This document shows, piece by piece, positions 14,430 to 27,326 of a stretch of DNA of 64,000 nucleotides. The notes under the pieces were generated by a model, which was given only the letters and a program-made list of their open reading frames with translations, was not told the origin of the DNA and made no database searches. Location of the stretch: positions 93,746,001 through 93,810,000 of the forward strand of contig NC_045696.1 in the NCBI RefSeq assembly GCF_009834535.1, in the 5' to 3' direction. The position numbers and the translations under genes were made by a program. The stretch comes from Camelus ferus. Lineage: Eukaryota. How positions within the stretch are numbered: position 1 is the stretch's first letter; every line of letters begins with the position of its first letter.

Positions 14430-14545
14430 CCTTTGCTACACAAGGTGTGGTCCGAGCATCAGTAGCTTCAGCTTCACCTGAGAAACTGTATAAAGTGCAG
14501 AATCTCAGACCATCTCAGACTTACTGACTCAGAATCTGCATTTGC
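14430..14545. mobile_element. MER5A-like MITE fragment
   Basis: aaggtgtggtccgagcatcagtagcttcagcttcacctgaga...gcagaatctcagacc...actcagaatctgcattt. Confidence 0.65.
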
Positions 14546-16973
14546 ACAGAACAAAAGGTTTTAATTTTGAGGAAGTCTAATTTATCATTCTTCCCACTAT
14601 AAATCATGCTTTTGGTACCAAGTCTAAGGACTCTTTGCCTAGCCTAATGTCTCAAAGATTTTTACCCATGTTTTTAATGAAAATTTTATAATTCTACACC
14701 TTACAGTTACATCTGTGATCCATTTTGAGTCAATTTTTGACTAAACTCTAAAACTTAGTTCTAGGTTAAATTTTTTGTCTATGGATGTTCAATTGCTCCT
14801 GCAGCATTTGTTGAAAAGCCTATGGAATTGGTTTTGCACCTTTGTCAAACAGCAATTGGGCATATTTGTGTGGGTCTATTACTTCTGGGGTCTCTAGTCT
14901 GCCCCAGTGATTTGTGTGTCTATTCCCCACCAATAACACAGTCTTGATTTTTGTAGCTGAATAGAAGTTAGATAAACTGATTATGCTCACTATATTCATT
15001 TTTTTTCAAAATAAGTTCACTATTCTGTTCATTTGTCTTTTCATATAAATTTTAGCATAAACATGTCTGTATTTGCAAAAAAAATCTTGATAGGATTTTA
15101 CTAGGGATTGCATTAAATCTATATATCTATTTGGGGAAAACTGACATCTTTACTATACTGAGTCTTCTAGTCCGTGTACATGATACGTCTCTCCATTTAT
15201 TTAGATCTTCTTTAATTTCTTTCATGAGTCATGTAGTTTCCAGCATATAAATTCTACACGGGTTTTGTTAGACTAACACCTAAGTATTTCACTTTTTTGA
15301 GCAATTGTAAATGGTACTTACTGTATTTCCAAGTTTGATGCCCATATGTTCATTGCTAATATATAAAAATACAAATGATTTTGTATGTTTACTTGCAGAC
15401 AACCTTGATTAGCTCATTTATTGTTAGTTCTAGGAGTTTTTGTAGAATCCTTGGTATTTTCTATTTAGTCCAATGTAATCTGTAAGTACTGACAGTTTTA
15501 CTTCTTTCTTTCTGATCTGTGTACCTTTCATTTCCTTTTCTTGACTTTCGCATTGGCTAGAACTTCCAGCACTGTGTTGAGCAGAAGTGGTGAGAACTGA
15601 CATCCTTGCCTTGCTCCTGATCTTAAAGGAAAGCAGTCTCTCACCATTAAGCATAATGTTAGCTATAGGGTTCTTATAGATGCTCTTTATCAAGGTAAGG
15701 AACGTAATCTTACTTTTCTCTCATCACGAACAGATGCTGAATTTTGTCAAGCAGTTTTTCTGCATCTATTCATATATTCATGTGATTTTCCTTCTTTAGC
15801 CTATTAATATGGTGGGTCATATCAACTTATTCCTGAATATTAAAACTAGCCTTGCATTCTGGAATAAACCCTAGTCATGAAGTACAATTTTCTTATTGGT
15901 TACTTGGTTCCATTTGCTAATATTTAAGAATGTTTGCATTATATTAATGAGTGATATCACTCTGTAGTTTTCTTTTTTTTTTTTTTTTTGTATTATCTCT
16001 GTCTAGTTTTAGTATCAGGGCAAAACTAGTCTTCATAAAGCGAATTAAGAAGTGTTTCTCTTCTATTTTTAGGAAGAGATTGTAGAATTTATGTTACTTC
16101 TCTGTTAAATTTCTCCAGTGAAACCATCTGGGCCTGGGATTTCTTCTTGGGGAGTCTTTAAATTATGAGTTCAGTTACCTTAACAGTTATAAGGCTATTC
16201 AGATTATTTATTTCATATTCAGTGCATTGTAGTTTGTGTTTTTCAAGGAATAGGTCCATTTAATTTGTCAAATTTAAATGTGTGAGGTTGTTTACAGTAC
16301 TCTCTTATTATCCTATTATCCTGAGGTCTGCAGTCTATAGTGATATCCAGTTTCATTCCTAATATTGTTATTTTGTGTCTTCTTTTTCTTTGTCAGTGTT
16401 GACAGAGGTTTTGTCAATCTTATTGACCTGTTCAAAAAATCAGCTCTCTCTTTCATTGATTTTCTCTATTCTCTTTTTCTATTTTCAATTTTATTGATTT
16501 CTGCTCTTAACTTTAGTATTTTCTCCCTTATACTAGCTTGGAATTTATTTTGCTCTTTTTTCCTAGCTTATTAAGGTGGGAGCTTACATTATTGACTTGA
16601 GACTAATCTACTTTTCTAATGTATACATTTAGTGGTTTAAATTTCCCTCTCAGCACTGCTTTAGATACATTCCACGAACTTTGATATGTTGTATTTTCAT
16701 TTTCATTCAGTTAAATATATTTTTTTAAATTTTCCTTGAAACGTTCTCTTTGACTCATTGATTATTTAGAAGTGTTTTGCTTCGTTTCCAAGAGTTTGGA
16801 GATTTTCTATTTTATTTTTCTGTTATTTATTTCTGCCTTGAATCCATGTGGTTGGAGAATACACTCTGCATAATTTTAATTATTTTAATTTTATTAAGGT
16901 TTACTGAGGTTATAGAGGCCCAAATATGATCTTTCTTGGTATATGCTCCATGGGAACTTGAAAATAATGTGTA

Positions 16974-17411
16974 CAGTAGTCTCCCCTTATCTTCACGAGG
17001 TGTGTTCTAAGACCCCCAGTGGATGCCTGAAACCTCAAATAGTACCAAAACCTACAGATACTATGTTTTTTCCTATATGTACATACCTATGATTAAATAT
17101 AATTTATAAAGTAGGCACAGTAAGAGATTAACAACAGTAACTAATGATTTTAAAAAACTATAACAATATGCTGCAACTTATGTGAATGTAGCCTCTTTTA
17201 TTGAGAACTTTCACCTTTTCACTTAAAGGAAGCACTATGTGGCTTCTCTTTGGCATCTCTGAATTGCCAAAATCACTACTTTTCCACTTTGGGGCCATTA
17301 CTAAGTAAAATAAGGGTTATTTGAACACAAGCACTGCAATTCCAAGGCCATGGTCGACTGTGGATAACTGAAACCACAGGAAGCAAAACAGTAGATAAGG
17401 GGGAACTTCTG
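16974..17411. mobile_element. MER44/Tigger7-like TcMar DNA transposon
   Basis: TIRs cagtagtctccccttatc and gataagggggaacttctg, with TA on both sides (16972-16973, 17412-17413). Confidence 0.85.
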
Positions 17412-17782
17412 TATTCTCCTCTTGTTGGAGTTTTCTATAAATAAAAGTTTTTCTTTCTATAAGATTTTCTATAAAAGTTGATTAGATCCTGTTGGTTGAT
17501 GGTGTCCTTCTATATCCTTGCTAATTTTCTATATAGCTATTCCATCAATTATCAAGAGAATGATGATGAAGTCAATTTTATTAGTTTACGTCTCTTGTAG
17601 GTCTTTTACTTGGTGTATGCAGTTAGAATTGCTTTGTCTTTTTGATAAGTTGATTCTTTTTTCATTATATAATAATCCTCCCTGAATCTAGTAAATTTTT
17701 TTGCTCTGAAGTCTGTTTTATCTGACATTAATATAACCATTTTTGCTTTCCGTTGATTGAGGTATACATGCTATATCTTTTT

Positions 17783-18558
17783 CTTTTTTTTTAATTGAAG
17801 TAGAGTCAGTTACAATGTGTTAATTTCTGGCATACAGCACAATGTGCAAGTCATGCATACACATACATATATTCATTTTCATATTCTTTTTCATTAAAGG
17901 TTATTACAAGGTATTGAATATGGTTCCCTGTGCTATACAGAAAAAATTTGTTTTTTAACCTATTTTTATATATGACTAACATTTGTAAATCTCAAACTTT
18001 CAAATTTATCCCTTCCCACCTCCTTTCCCCAATAATCAAAAGATTGTTTACTATGTCTGCAAGTCTGTTTCTGTTTTGTAGATGAGGTAATTAGTGTCCT
18101 CTTTTTTCTTTTCTTTCCTTTTTTCTTTTTTTTTTAGATTACACATATGAGTGATATCATATGGTATTTTTCTTTCTCTTTCTGGCTTACTTCACTTAGA
18201 ATGATGATCCCTAGGTCCATCCATGTTGCTGCAAATGGCATTATTTTATTCATTTTTATGGCTGAGTAGTATTCCATTATATAAATGTACAACAACTTCT
18301 TTATCCAGTCATCTGTCAATGGACATTTAGGTTGCTTCCATGTATTGACTATTGTATATAGTGCTGCTATGAACATTGGAGTGCATGTGTCTTTTGAAAT
18401 TAGAGTTTCCTCTGGATATATGCCCAGGGATTGCTGGATCATATGGTAAGTCTGTTTTTAGTTTTTTGAGGAATCTCCATACTGTTTTCCATAATGGCTC
18501 CACCAAACTACATTCCCATCAGCAGTGTAGGAGGGTTCCCTTTTCTCCACACCATCTC
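17783..18558 (-). mobile_element. Younger 5'-truncated L1 with TSD, nested in the old L1
   Basis: ORF 18134-18442 ([24 protein letters not shown]...ILSEVSQKEKEKYHMISLIC) is the L1 ORF2 C-terminus. T-rich tail at left. TSD tacatgctatatcttttt / tacatgctgtatgttttt. Confidence 0.9.
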
Positions 18559-18899
18559 TACATGCTGTATGTTTTTCTATCCTTTTACTTTCAGCCTTCC
18601 TGTATCATTATATTTGAAGTGAGTTTTTTCTAGGCAATATATTGTTGAGTCAGGTTTTTAATCCTCTCTGGTAATCACTTAGGTGTTTTTTGTTTGTTTG
18701 TTTGTTTGTTTTTAGTACATGTGGACTATTTGGTATATTTAGACTGTTAGAATAAAATGCAAAGGAATATGCTGCCTAATTAGGAGATGAAGATTGTTAA
18801 AATAGCATTAAATTATCAAAATCCTTCTAAGCTCCTTATCTCAACCACCAGTACTAGCACTTGAATATCAAAAACCCAGATTCCTCTCTCTTATTCACC

Positions 18900-20290
18900 T
18901 TCCGATAATGGCTAATAGTTATGGAGCACTTGCCTTGTGTGAGGCACTCAGCTAATCATTGTACCCTCATCAACTCACTTATTCTTCACATTTGAAATGA
19001 GGCTTAGAGAGGTGAGGATTAAGGAGAAAGGACTCAACCAAGTTCACAGACAGGTATATATGACTCCACAGCCGAATCTCACCACAACCTGCCACAGTCT
19101 CAAGAGTTTTGCCTCTGCAGTTTCCCTAAAGTCCATCCCACATTTGTCTTTTCTACTACCAGTATTGAAGTTCAGATCCCCTTTTCTTCTACACACAATG
19201 ATTTTTAAAACCCCCTAATTGGTCTCTCTATTGCACATTCTGCCCTCAGTCTATCTTTCACAGGGACCCAGGTTATCATGGTAAACCTTAAGTGGCATAG
19301 CAGAAAGCATATGGAATCTGAGATGAGTTTAGATCATGCAGTTCAAAACTTAACTTCCTACATAACCTGAGCAAGTTAATTAACCTGTTTACACCTCAAT
19401 TTACTTATCTATAAAATAAAAATAGTTACCTTCCTTATGGATTATCATATTAAATTAGATTTCCCATGTAAAGTGCCAAGATGCAGGGCCTGCACATGGC
19501 AGAGCCTTCATGTATCTTAACTTCCTTCCTTTCCATAAACAAAAATTGGTGGTTCCCTCTTACCTACGGGATACAATGAGAACTTGTTATCCTGGTGGAC
19601 AGGGCTCTTAGCCCTGGGCCCAACCTCTGTTTTCAGTCTCATTTCTCTCTACTATGTCACTTCCCCAAAATTCCAGTTGCCATTGGTCTTACTGTTCCTC
19701 TTTTTTCCACTTTTCTGCCAACTAAATTATCTTTTAGAACCCTATTTAGAAGCCATTTTCTTAAAGATCTCAAAACACTCCCTTCACTTCCTAAAGTGAA
19801 TGAATCCCTCCTCTCCCCTGTTCCCACAAGACATTGCAGGTTCTAGCTGAATTAGGAGAGTGAGGTGTTATTCATATTTTATCTCAACACTATACCTTTA
19901 AGCAGCAAACAGCTAAAAGCTAAGAGGGTTTGAGACAGATAATCCTGGATTTGGATTTGACTATGCCATTTACTAACTTGAATTCTCTCTCTCTGACTCA
20001 ATTATGTCATCTATAAAATTGGGATGATGAGTGTCTCTATTTTATAGGTTGATGTGAAAATTAAATAAGAAAATGTATAGAAAGTGCTTTAGTAAGAGAT
20101 CTGATATATGGCCTGTGTTCAGCAGGATCAGTAAATATTTGTCATGATTATATCAATCCTAAATCTGTTACTCAGTTGTGAGACTTTTAAAAAGGAAAAG
20201 CATAATTTATAGCTCAAAGGGCTGTGAGAATTAAATGGGAAATGTGCTAAAATACCTAACACTCTCCAAGCCGCATAGTAGGCCCTTTGT
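18900..20290. mobile_element. Cluster of MIR and L2 fragments
   Basis: Several MIR cores (aacctgagcaagttaattaacct...tatctataaaat; tcatctataaaattgggatgatg) interleaved with L2-like pyrimidine tracts. Confidence 0.6.
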
Positions 20291-21523
20291 AAAGGTCCTT
20301 ATCTTCTTGCCCTTACTCTCTTTTCTTTGAACAATTCATGTGTCTTATTCTTCATTTTGGTTTACTAAACATTTAAATGAATGTGACAGGATGACACAAG
20401 GAATATTTGGAGACTTGAATATATGAAAATATAGTAATCACATAATTTTAAATAAAATTCCAAAAGTAAATCACTAAAAAATCTAGTTCATTGTTTTTCT
20501 TACGAAGTTCTCACTCTTCCTGCTATTTTTTTGTGTGTCCCCATCTCTTCTCCTCCAAACTACTTCATCCCTCAATGTCTGTACTTTTAGATGCCTAAAA
20601 GTCATCTAGATCGCCTAAAGATCATCCATATGATTTTACTTTAGATTAAAATTGTCAAGTCACTTGGATTATTCATGAGTTAGTGGTAGAATTCTAGCTT
20701 CCAAGGCAGAAAACCCATGATCTACTCCTGACTAAAGCAGATTTCTTTTAAAGCGACAACATGGTGCTGTGGAAAGAGCACTGAACTGGAAGTTGACACC
20801 CGAGTCCTGGTGCCAGTCCTACTAGTATTACCTGTGTGAGCCCGGGCATGTCATCTCACTTCTCTGGCTGTGAGTTCTCCCTTTATAAAATGAGAAATTG
20901 GAACTTCCTGGTATCTGATGATCGCTATGATCCTACATGCTGTAATACATGTCTTTCATAAATTGAGTGATTCAGATAATCAACAGAATACTTCACCTAT
21001 TAAGAGAGAGATTTTGGAACAACTCTTTTATAATTTCACCCTGAATTCACCTAGAAGCATATGGTGAAGAAATAAAAAGTTCATTATGCTCAAGGTCAGT
21101 TAGTCTGAATCAATTATCACAGCAGACTATTTGTGCTAATGTGTTTACATGGCATGATCTTGCCTTCTAAAGCATTTCTGAGGTTTAGAGACTGTTTTTC
21201 ATTTTCAGATAAAAAAAGCTCCCAGCCACCTACACTCAGGAATACAGCAATAATGGATTATCATTGTTCCTGACAGCATATGCTAATTCATAGACTTTTA
21301 AATGGAAAGAAAGCAGAAACTATGAAATTAGTACTTTTATGTTCTCTGAATCTATCATTTTTTATCATGCAATAAATTTGCACACAATTCAGTCCCATAT
21401 TATTCTGTTTTACTTTTATAAAAGGAATATGTTTTAATATGACCTTCTGATGCACTTGTAACTGTTATCACTTATTATATAGGGCTGTTAAAATTTTTTA
21501 AAAATAAATTTTAAACAGCAATA

Positions 21524-21943
21524 CAAGTTACCCTCTGATTTTAAAAAATTCACTTTACACCGCTTTGCTTTTACCAAAGGCTTACATTAGTAGGTTTTCA
21601 CTAAGTGAAGGAAATCCAAAGAGGATTTACGCTTTTAAGAAGAAAGGTGAAAAGTGAAAATAACGTTCAGGGTTTGTTTTGCAACAAGCCTTTATAGAAG
21701 TAGTGCAGCCTCGGAGCTGGAGAGTAGCATGCTCAGCTCCTTCTCTGGGAACTACACTCAGCATCGGAGCATCATACCATCATAGCTTTGAACTGCATCT
21801 GTGAGCATCTGTACTGTATCTCAATTTATTTTGTGCATCTATTGGCAAGATACGTCCTAGAGTAATTGCTTCTTCACTTTATGCCATTTCAGCTTAGGAA
21901 AGGTTTCATAGGAACACTACTTTCAGATAGCAGGGGACATTTG
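21524..21943. mobile_element. TcMar-Tigger non-autonomous element (MER82-like)
   Basis: Right end tttatgccatttcagcttaggaaaggtttcataggaacactactttcagatagcagggg resembles a Tigger-family terminus; the left end is degenerate. Family name tentative. Confidence 0.55.
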
Positions 21944-22271
21944 CACTTTTAAAAAGTTGATCTTATTTTTTTGTGCTTTAGAAAGTTAAAATATAGAATC
22001 TAAAAAGCCCACGAAATCAATGCTGCAGATTCACTTATTCATGCACACGTTTATTCACTCAACAAATATTTTTTGAGGAGCTGTCATGTGCCAGACACTG
22101 TTAGAGATAGCAGAGAAAATAAAGGTCAACAAAGAAAAATTCCCTTCCCTTGAGGAGATTACATTCTATGTGGATTTGACAGAAATGCCACATAATTCCA
22201 GTCTCCACAAGAAAATGGCCAGTTGTATGTTTATATGTATACGTATTTTTGTACAGTTCTTTGCATAAAAC

Positions 22272-22675
22272 ATGGATTAGTTTCCTAGGGAAGCTGTAAC
22301 AAGTTACCACAAACTTGGATAGCTTAAAACAACAGAAACCTATTGACTCACATTTCTGGAGGCCAGGTCCAAAATCAAGGTCTCAGCAGGGCCGTGCTCC
22401 TCTGAGGCTCTGGGGGAGGAGTCTATCTTGGTTTATGACAGCATAACTCCAAATGCTGTCTACTTCACCTGTCCATCTTCCCTATGTGAGTCTATGTCTG
22501 AATTTCTCTTTTCTTAAAAGGACACCAGTTATTGGGATTAGGGCTCACTGTAATCCAGTATGACTTCATCCTAGTTTGAGCACGCCTGCAAAGATGCTAT
22601 TTCCAAATAAGGTCATATTCACAGGTCATGGGTGGATATGAATTGGGAGGGGGAGGCACTATTCAACCCAGTACA
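22272..22675. mobile_element. MaLR MLT1 solo LTR
   Basis: ttagtttcctagg..gctgtaacaagttaccacaaactt..gcttaaaacaacagaa..tttccaaataaggtcatattcacagg..actattcaaccca. Confidence 0.85.
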
Positions 22676-23379
22676 AAAATCAAGATGAATTAAATGGAAT
22701 ATTAAGTCTTTTACATTATCTTTTTTCTTTAAATTAATCTTCTCATAGGATTTTATTGCTTCTACTTTTAGTCTCTGTTTTAGAACTTGTAGAATGATTT
22801 GCAAATCTGTGGGCTGAACTGTAGTTTGTGACTCAAGTTCTATAGTATTTCTTTTTTTTTTTCCTGAAGTGGAATTCTTTGCTTATTTGAACGTAATATT
22901 TACATTGACACCTTGTTGGACTGAAATGTTTATAACAATTTTTCCAGTAAAATTAGTGAGGAGAATCTGACTCATTATAGATCCTGGCCACTTTGTGCTA
23001 TAAATCTGTGCCTGGCTAGGACTAGAGGACCCTTTTCCTTTATAATAATTAAAAATTTTTGTAAGTGTCATTCTCACTTTTAATATGTGAATGAAAAATA
23101 AGGTATATCCCAATTGAGATTCTCATTCTAATCAACTATTAGGGCAAAATTTTGAGACAGTACCCTTCACCCAGCTTGTCTCCTCTCTTCTAACCTAAAA
23201 AATAGCACAAACTGCAATACAGCATTGACTCACAAACCCCAAATGCAACACAAACCCCCAAAGCAGCACAACTCCTAACTGAACCCTGAGACTGGTTACC
23301 ATCATAGGCATCTTACTCATTACCCTCCCCTTGTATCTTAGATTTCTTTCTAGTGATATTTTGCATTCTCTGCTTCTTC

Positions 23380-24800
23380 TTTTACCTAATCAATTTCCAT
23401 GAGCAAAATTATCATCAACATCAAATAATTTTAAACATAAAAGTAGGAATCCTTCCTCCCATCTACTTACAGAGAAAACATTGGTATATAACTTTTCAAA
23501 CCTTTTTCTATGCCTATAATACGTAGGTGTGTTTGTATCTGTACAGTTTTTTTTCTTACACATGTATAATTTTCTGGGTTGATTTCTGATGGTTATTTTT
23601 CTACAAGAAAACTGGATCATACTATACATATTATTTTGCAATTTGCTTTTATAACTCAAAGTGTATTGAAATTATTTTATCCAGGCAGAACTCATAGCTT
23701 TACCTCATTCTTTCAAGATACTTTAGCAGTAGATAACTGTACCGTAATTCATTCAACTATTTTCTGAATGGTGGACATTTAGGTATTTCTACTTTGGGAG
23801 CTTACAACAGTGCTAAAATAAACATTACTATGTGTTGACTATTTGGTGCTTAAATTGACTCACAGGAATAGAACTGCTGGGAAGTATATGTAGTTTTTAT
23901 TTTATAGTCAAATACAATCAAAATACACTTGAAAGATGGCATCTTTTTTTTTTTCCTTTTTCTTTTTTCTTTGGTGGAGGGCAATCTGAAATGCTAAAAA
24001 TGATCAAATGTTTTTACTTACACCCTTTTTTGATTCTTGGTGAAATTAAATACATTTTCATATGTTTATTCCCAATTTATATTTCTTCCTTTAATTGCTT
24101 TGCCCTCTTCCTGTCTCCACTTTTCTACTAGGATGTTTATCTCATTGATTTGGAAGAAACTCTCCATATTTTGACTGTTAAACTTTGTCTTATGTGTGCT
24201 ACAAATATTGTCTCCTGGGCTGCCATTTGCCTTTTACCATTACTTTTAGCATATATTTCTATACAGACTTTTTTTAATTTTTCTGCAATCAAAATCAGTC
24301 CATCTTTTGATTTGTTGTTTCTGATTTTCATTCCAGATTTGAAAAGGTCTTCTTCACCCAGGATTCTAAAAGAATTATTAAGACTCAAGAAATCATTTTT
24401 GTATATAACATGAAAAGGGGTCTAATTTAATTTTGTAACGAATAGCCAATAATATGTAAAAGTTCATTTGAATCCTTATTGTGAAATGCCATCTTCATGA
24501 TATACTATATCAGGTTTCTTGACTTTGCCTGGTTGATCAAATCTTGCCTTTAACACTCTGTATTAATTATGTAGCTTCATATGTTTGCAAAGTCATCTCA
24601 TTAGTCTGTTTCTAAATTTTCTTGGTTATCCACAAGCATTTACTCTTGCAAATAAATCTTAGAAGAAACTTTTCAAGTTCTAAAATAAAATTCCATTGGT
24701 ATTCCACTGGAATTTTAATTAAAATTGTATTAAACCAATAAAGTAGAAGAAAATTGCCATATTTATCATGTAGAGTTTTCCCATGTGGAAACATTGTTTC
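23380..24800 (-). mobile_element. Ancient L1 (L1ME-like) fragments
   Basis: Degenerate L1 3' motifs. Minus ORF 24612-24794 (FNTILIKIP..FILELEKFLLRFICKSK) resembles L1 ORF2. Confidence 0.65.
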
Positions 24801-26753
24801 TTTTGTCTCCTATTCATCTCGAATTTTTTTTTTCAGGATCTTTTTTTCCCTCACTCCACCTAGATTAGGTGCTTTTATTCCATATTCTCATAATGCTCCA
24901 GCCTGGGTACTATTGTAGTACGAATCACAGGGAAAGACAATTGCTCATGAGCTTCAGTGTTTCTGCATTCTACAGGCTCTTAAGATAGGAGAGCTTCTTC
25001 ATTCCATTGCTATCAACCTACCAGCTAAGGAGTCCTAGTACGTAACAGGGGTTCAGTTAGTCTGTTCTCCTAGCTTCTAATCTCTCTCCATTTTAGCCCC
25101 CCCACTACATCCTAAAAGACGTGAAAAATCTTGTTGATTTCACTCAAATTCTGTCCCCTCCCTCCGTGAATCTCTCTCTCTATTATTGCTCCATTAGTTC
25201 AAGCTCCATGTTCCCTAACCTAGAGCAGTGTTTCTCTAATTTAAGTAATAGATGAGAGAAAAGAAAAAAAAAAATCTATAAACTTCACTGTCAAGTCAAA
25301 TTTTTATGATTTTGCTTAAAGACATACAAACAAAATTTGGTGTAAACTCACACTTACAGTTCTTACACAAATCTAAAACCAAAACAACTTACACACTGAA
25401 TACTTTCATAACCAGTAAAATTTAAATTACTGAATTAGCGTAAAGTGACAGTACTGTTTTGCTGAAACTAATCTTTCAATTTTTAATTAGGAGTTTAAAG
25501 TATGTTCAGATCTATTTCTATATACTCTGTCTCTATGTTTTTACTGCTGACTCTCCATCATAGAGTCTTCTGAATATTTCACAAAATAATTTTGATAACT
25601 CAGGACTCTGTGCTATTTCAGAGCAATCACACTTCATACTTGGCTAAACTCTGGCACTATGTAGCCCTAAAATGCCAATTGTAATGAGATGCCATTGATA
25701 ACTCAATAAAACTTGCTTTTTCATTTGAAGATAAGGTTAGCATGGAGAGCTATTAAAATCTGCATTATTTGGATGTATAAAATCAGATACAAAACAATCA
25801 CATTTGCTTTTGCTTTTATATTAACTGCTCATCAGGGATGCAAGTTGGTACATACAAAGATATGAGTATGCTGTGATCCGGTAATAAAAGTTCTTTCAAA
25901 ATAGATATGCCAATACTGCTAGGCACTGATAACTTAGTTTTATCATCACGTTTTTCTTTTTTTAAACTAGTATACTTTATGGGACTTTGTTTATGCAGTG
26001 TATTATGCCAAGAGGAAACTTATGAACAATTTTTAAAGTACTGATGTTGGGATGTTTTTCCTTCTTGTAATAAAGTGTAATGTGAGGACATTTAGCTTTC
26101 AGGTTAACTAGCTCTCAGAATAAAGAAGGCTGTACAGCAAGGATGTGAGGGAATTCTCTATGAGTGGCTTTACTTTAATGACTGTGATTTCTCTGTGGAA
26201 AAGTACAGCTGGTGACATTTGGTTCCTCTTCTGCGTGGTCAGACCTAAGAGTTGAAATATTCTTTGCCTTAATCTGAACCACAGTCTCACAATTATCATT
26301 TTCTCTGATAATTGACTAAACGGGAAAAAAACATGCATTTTGATAACACAGTGTACATTTCTTTCAACCCATGGAAACTTTTAAATGTAACTGAACATGT
26401 AACAAAAATATAAAAGCAATTCCAGAGTTTAAATATGCATTCGATTTTATGCCCATGTTCTGCCCATCTACTGCTGGCCACAGTGCATAAATTTTGCCTT
26501 CAACTGTGGAAATATGTCCCTTATTTTATAAAAAAGATTTCTGATTGCCCTCACTTAGATGTAGTATTTGACCTAGGAGAAGATAGGCTACAGTACTTTG
26601 ACAACAGGATCTCAGTCCCGTGGCTGTAAGAGGTTTCTAGGGAAGTGGGTTTGAAATAGAAAAACTTTCCCATTTTGATGAACAAAATGAATTTCTAAAT
26701 GGCCCAGCTCAGACACTAGTTTTCAGTAATAACCACTTTGTTTTTGTCCCCAG

Positions 26754-27326
26754 CGTTCCGGTGGTGCCCTGGCCATTCCCTTGTGTGCTTTCCAGGGGAC
26801 TGTGTCTCTCCAATCCCCAACTGGGAAAACTCTCTCTCTTTCTACCTATGAGGTGAGTGCAGAAGGACAAAAAATAACCCCAGCCTCTAAGAAAATAGAA
26901 GTCTATCGATCCAAAAGTGTTGGCCACGAGCCAAACCCAGAAGATTCTCCCTCCACGTTTGCGGACACCAGTGTGAAAATACACCTGGAGGTCCTGGAAA
27001 TCTGTGATAACGAAGAGGCCTTGGACACCGTGTCAATCATTAGCAACATCAGCCAGTCCTCCACACAGGTCAGATCTCCGTCGCTGCGCTACTCACGGAA
27101 AGAAAACAGATTCGTTTCATGTGACTTAGGGGAAACAGCCTCATATTCTCTCTTCTTACCCACAAGTAATCCTGGCGGGGATCTCAACATCTCCATTCCA
27201 GACACTGTGGAAGCACACAGGCAGAACAGTAAAAGGCAGCACCAAGAGAGAGATGGCTACCAGGAGGAAATCCAGTTGTTAAATAAAGCTTACAGGGAAA
27301 GAGAAGAAGAAAGTCAGGGTAACTAA
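26754..27326 (+). CDS. GPR149: GPR149 terminal coding exon (C-terminal cytoplasmic tail, 190 aa + stop)
   Basis: After the acceptor, phase-0 translation reads [60 protein letters not shown]...[20 protein letters not shown] with TAA at 27324-27326. I recognise this as the GPR149 C-terminus. The tandem GPR149-DHX36 order fits known mammalian synteny. Confidence 0.93.
   Translation, partial: RSGGALAIPLCAFQGTVSLQSPTGKTLSLSTYEVSAEGQKITPASKKIEVYRSKSVGHEPNPEDSPSTFADTSVKIHLEVLEICDNEEALDTVSIISNISQSSTQVRSPSLRYSRKENRFVSCDLGETASYSLFLPTSNPGGDLNISIPDTVEAHRQNSKRQHQERDGYQEEIQLLNKAYREREEESQGN

Larger units (their letters stand above)
14546..18680 (-). mobile_element. Old L1 ORF2 fragment (~4.1 kb including two nested insertions), degraded
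   Basis: Minus-strand ORF 15430-15693 ([19 protein letters not shown]) matches the L1 ORF2 RT region. L1 motifs are continuous throughout (ccagtgaaaccatctgggcctgg; aatttccctctcagcactgcttt). Confidence 0.9.
1..26753 (+). other. GPR149: 3' part of the last intron of GPR149 (upstream exons lie outside the window)
   Basis: Repeat-rich, with no recognisable coding exon. Ends in a polypyrimidine tract plus CAG (ctttgtttttgtccccag, AG at 26752-26753) directly before the terminal exon. Confidence 0.8.

Noticed and set aside
25222..25930. Possible hAT/Charlie internal fragment
   Set aside because: Only a vague terminal resemblance (cagtgtttctc); I could not support it without a Dfam search.
26781..27326. 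Stand-alone 181-aa ORF
   Set aside because: The 'start' is a TTG Leu within the GPR149 terminal exon; the frame opens at the splice acceptor at 26754.
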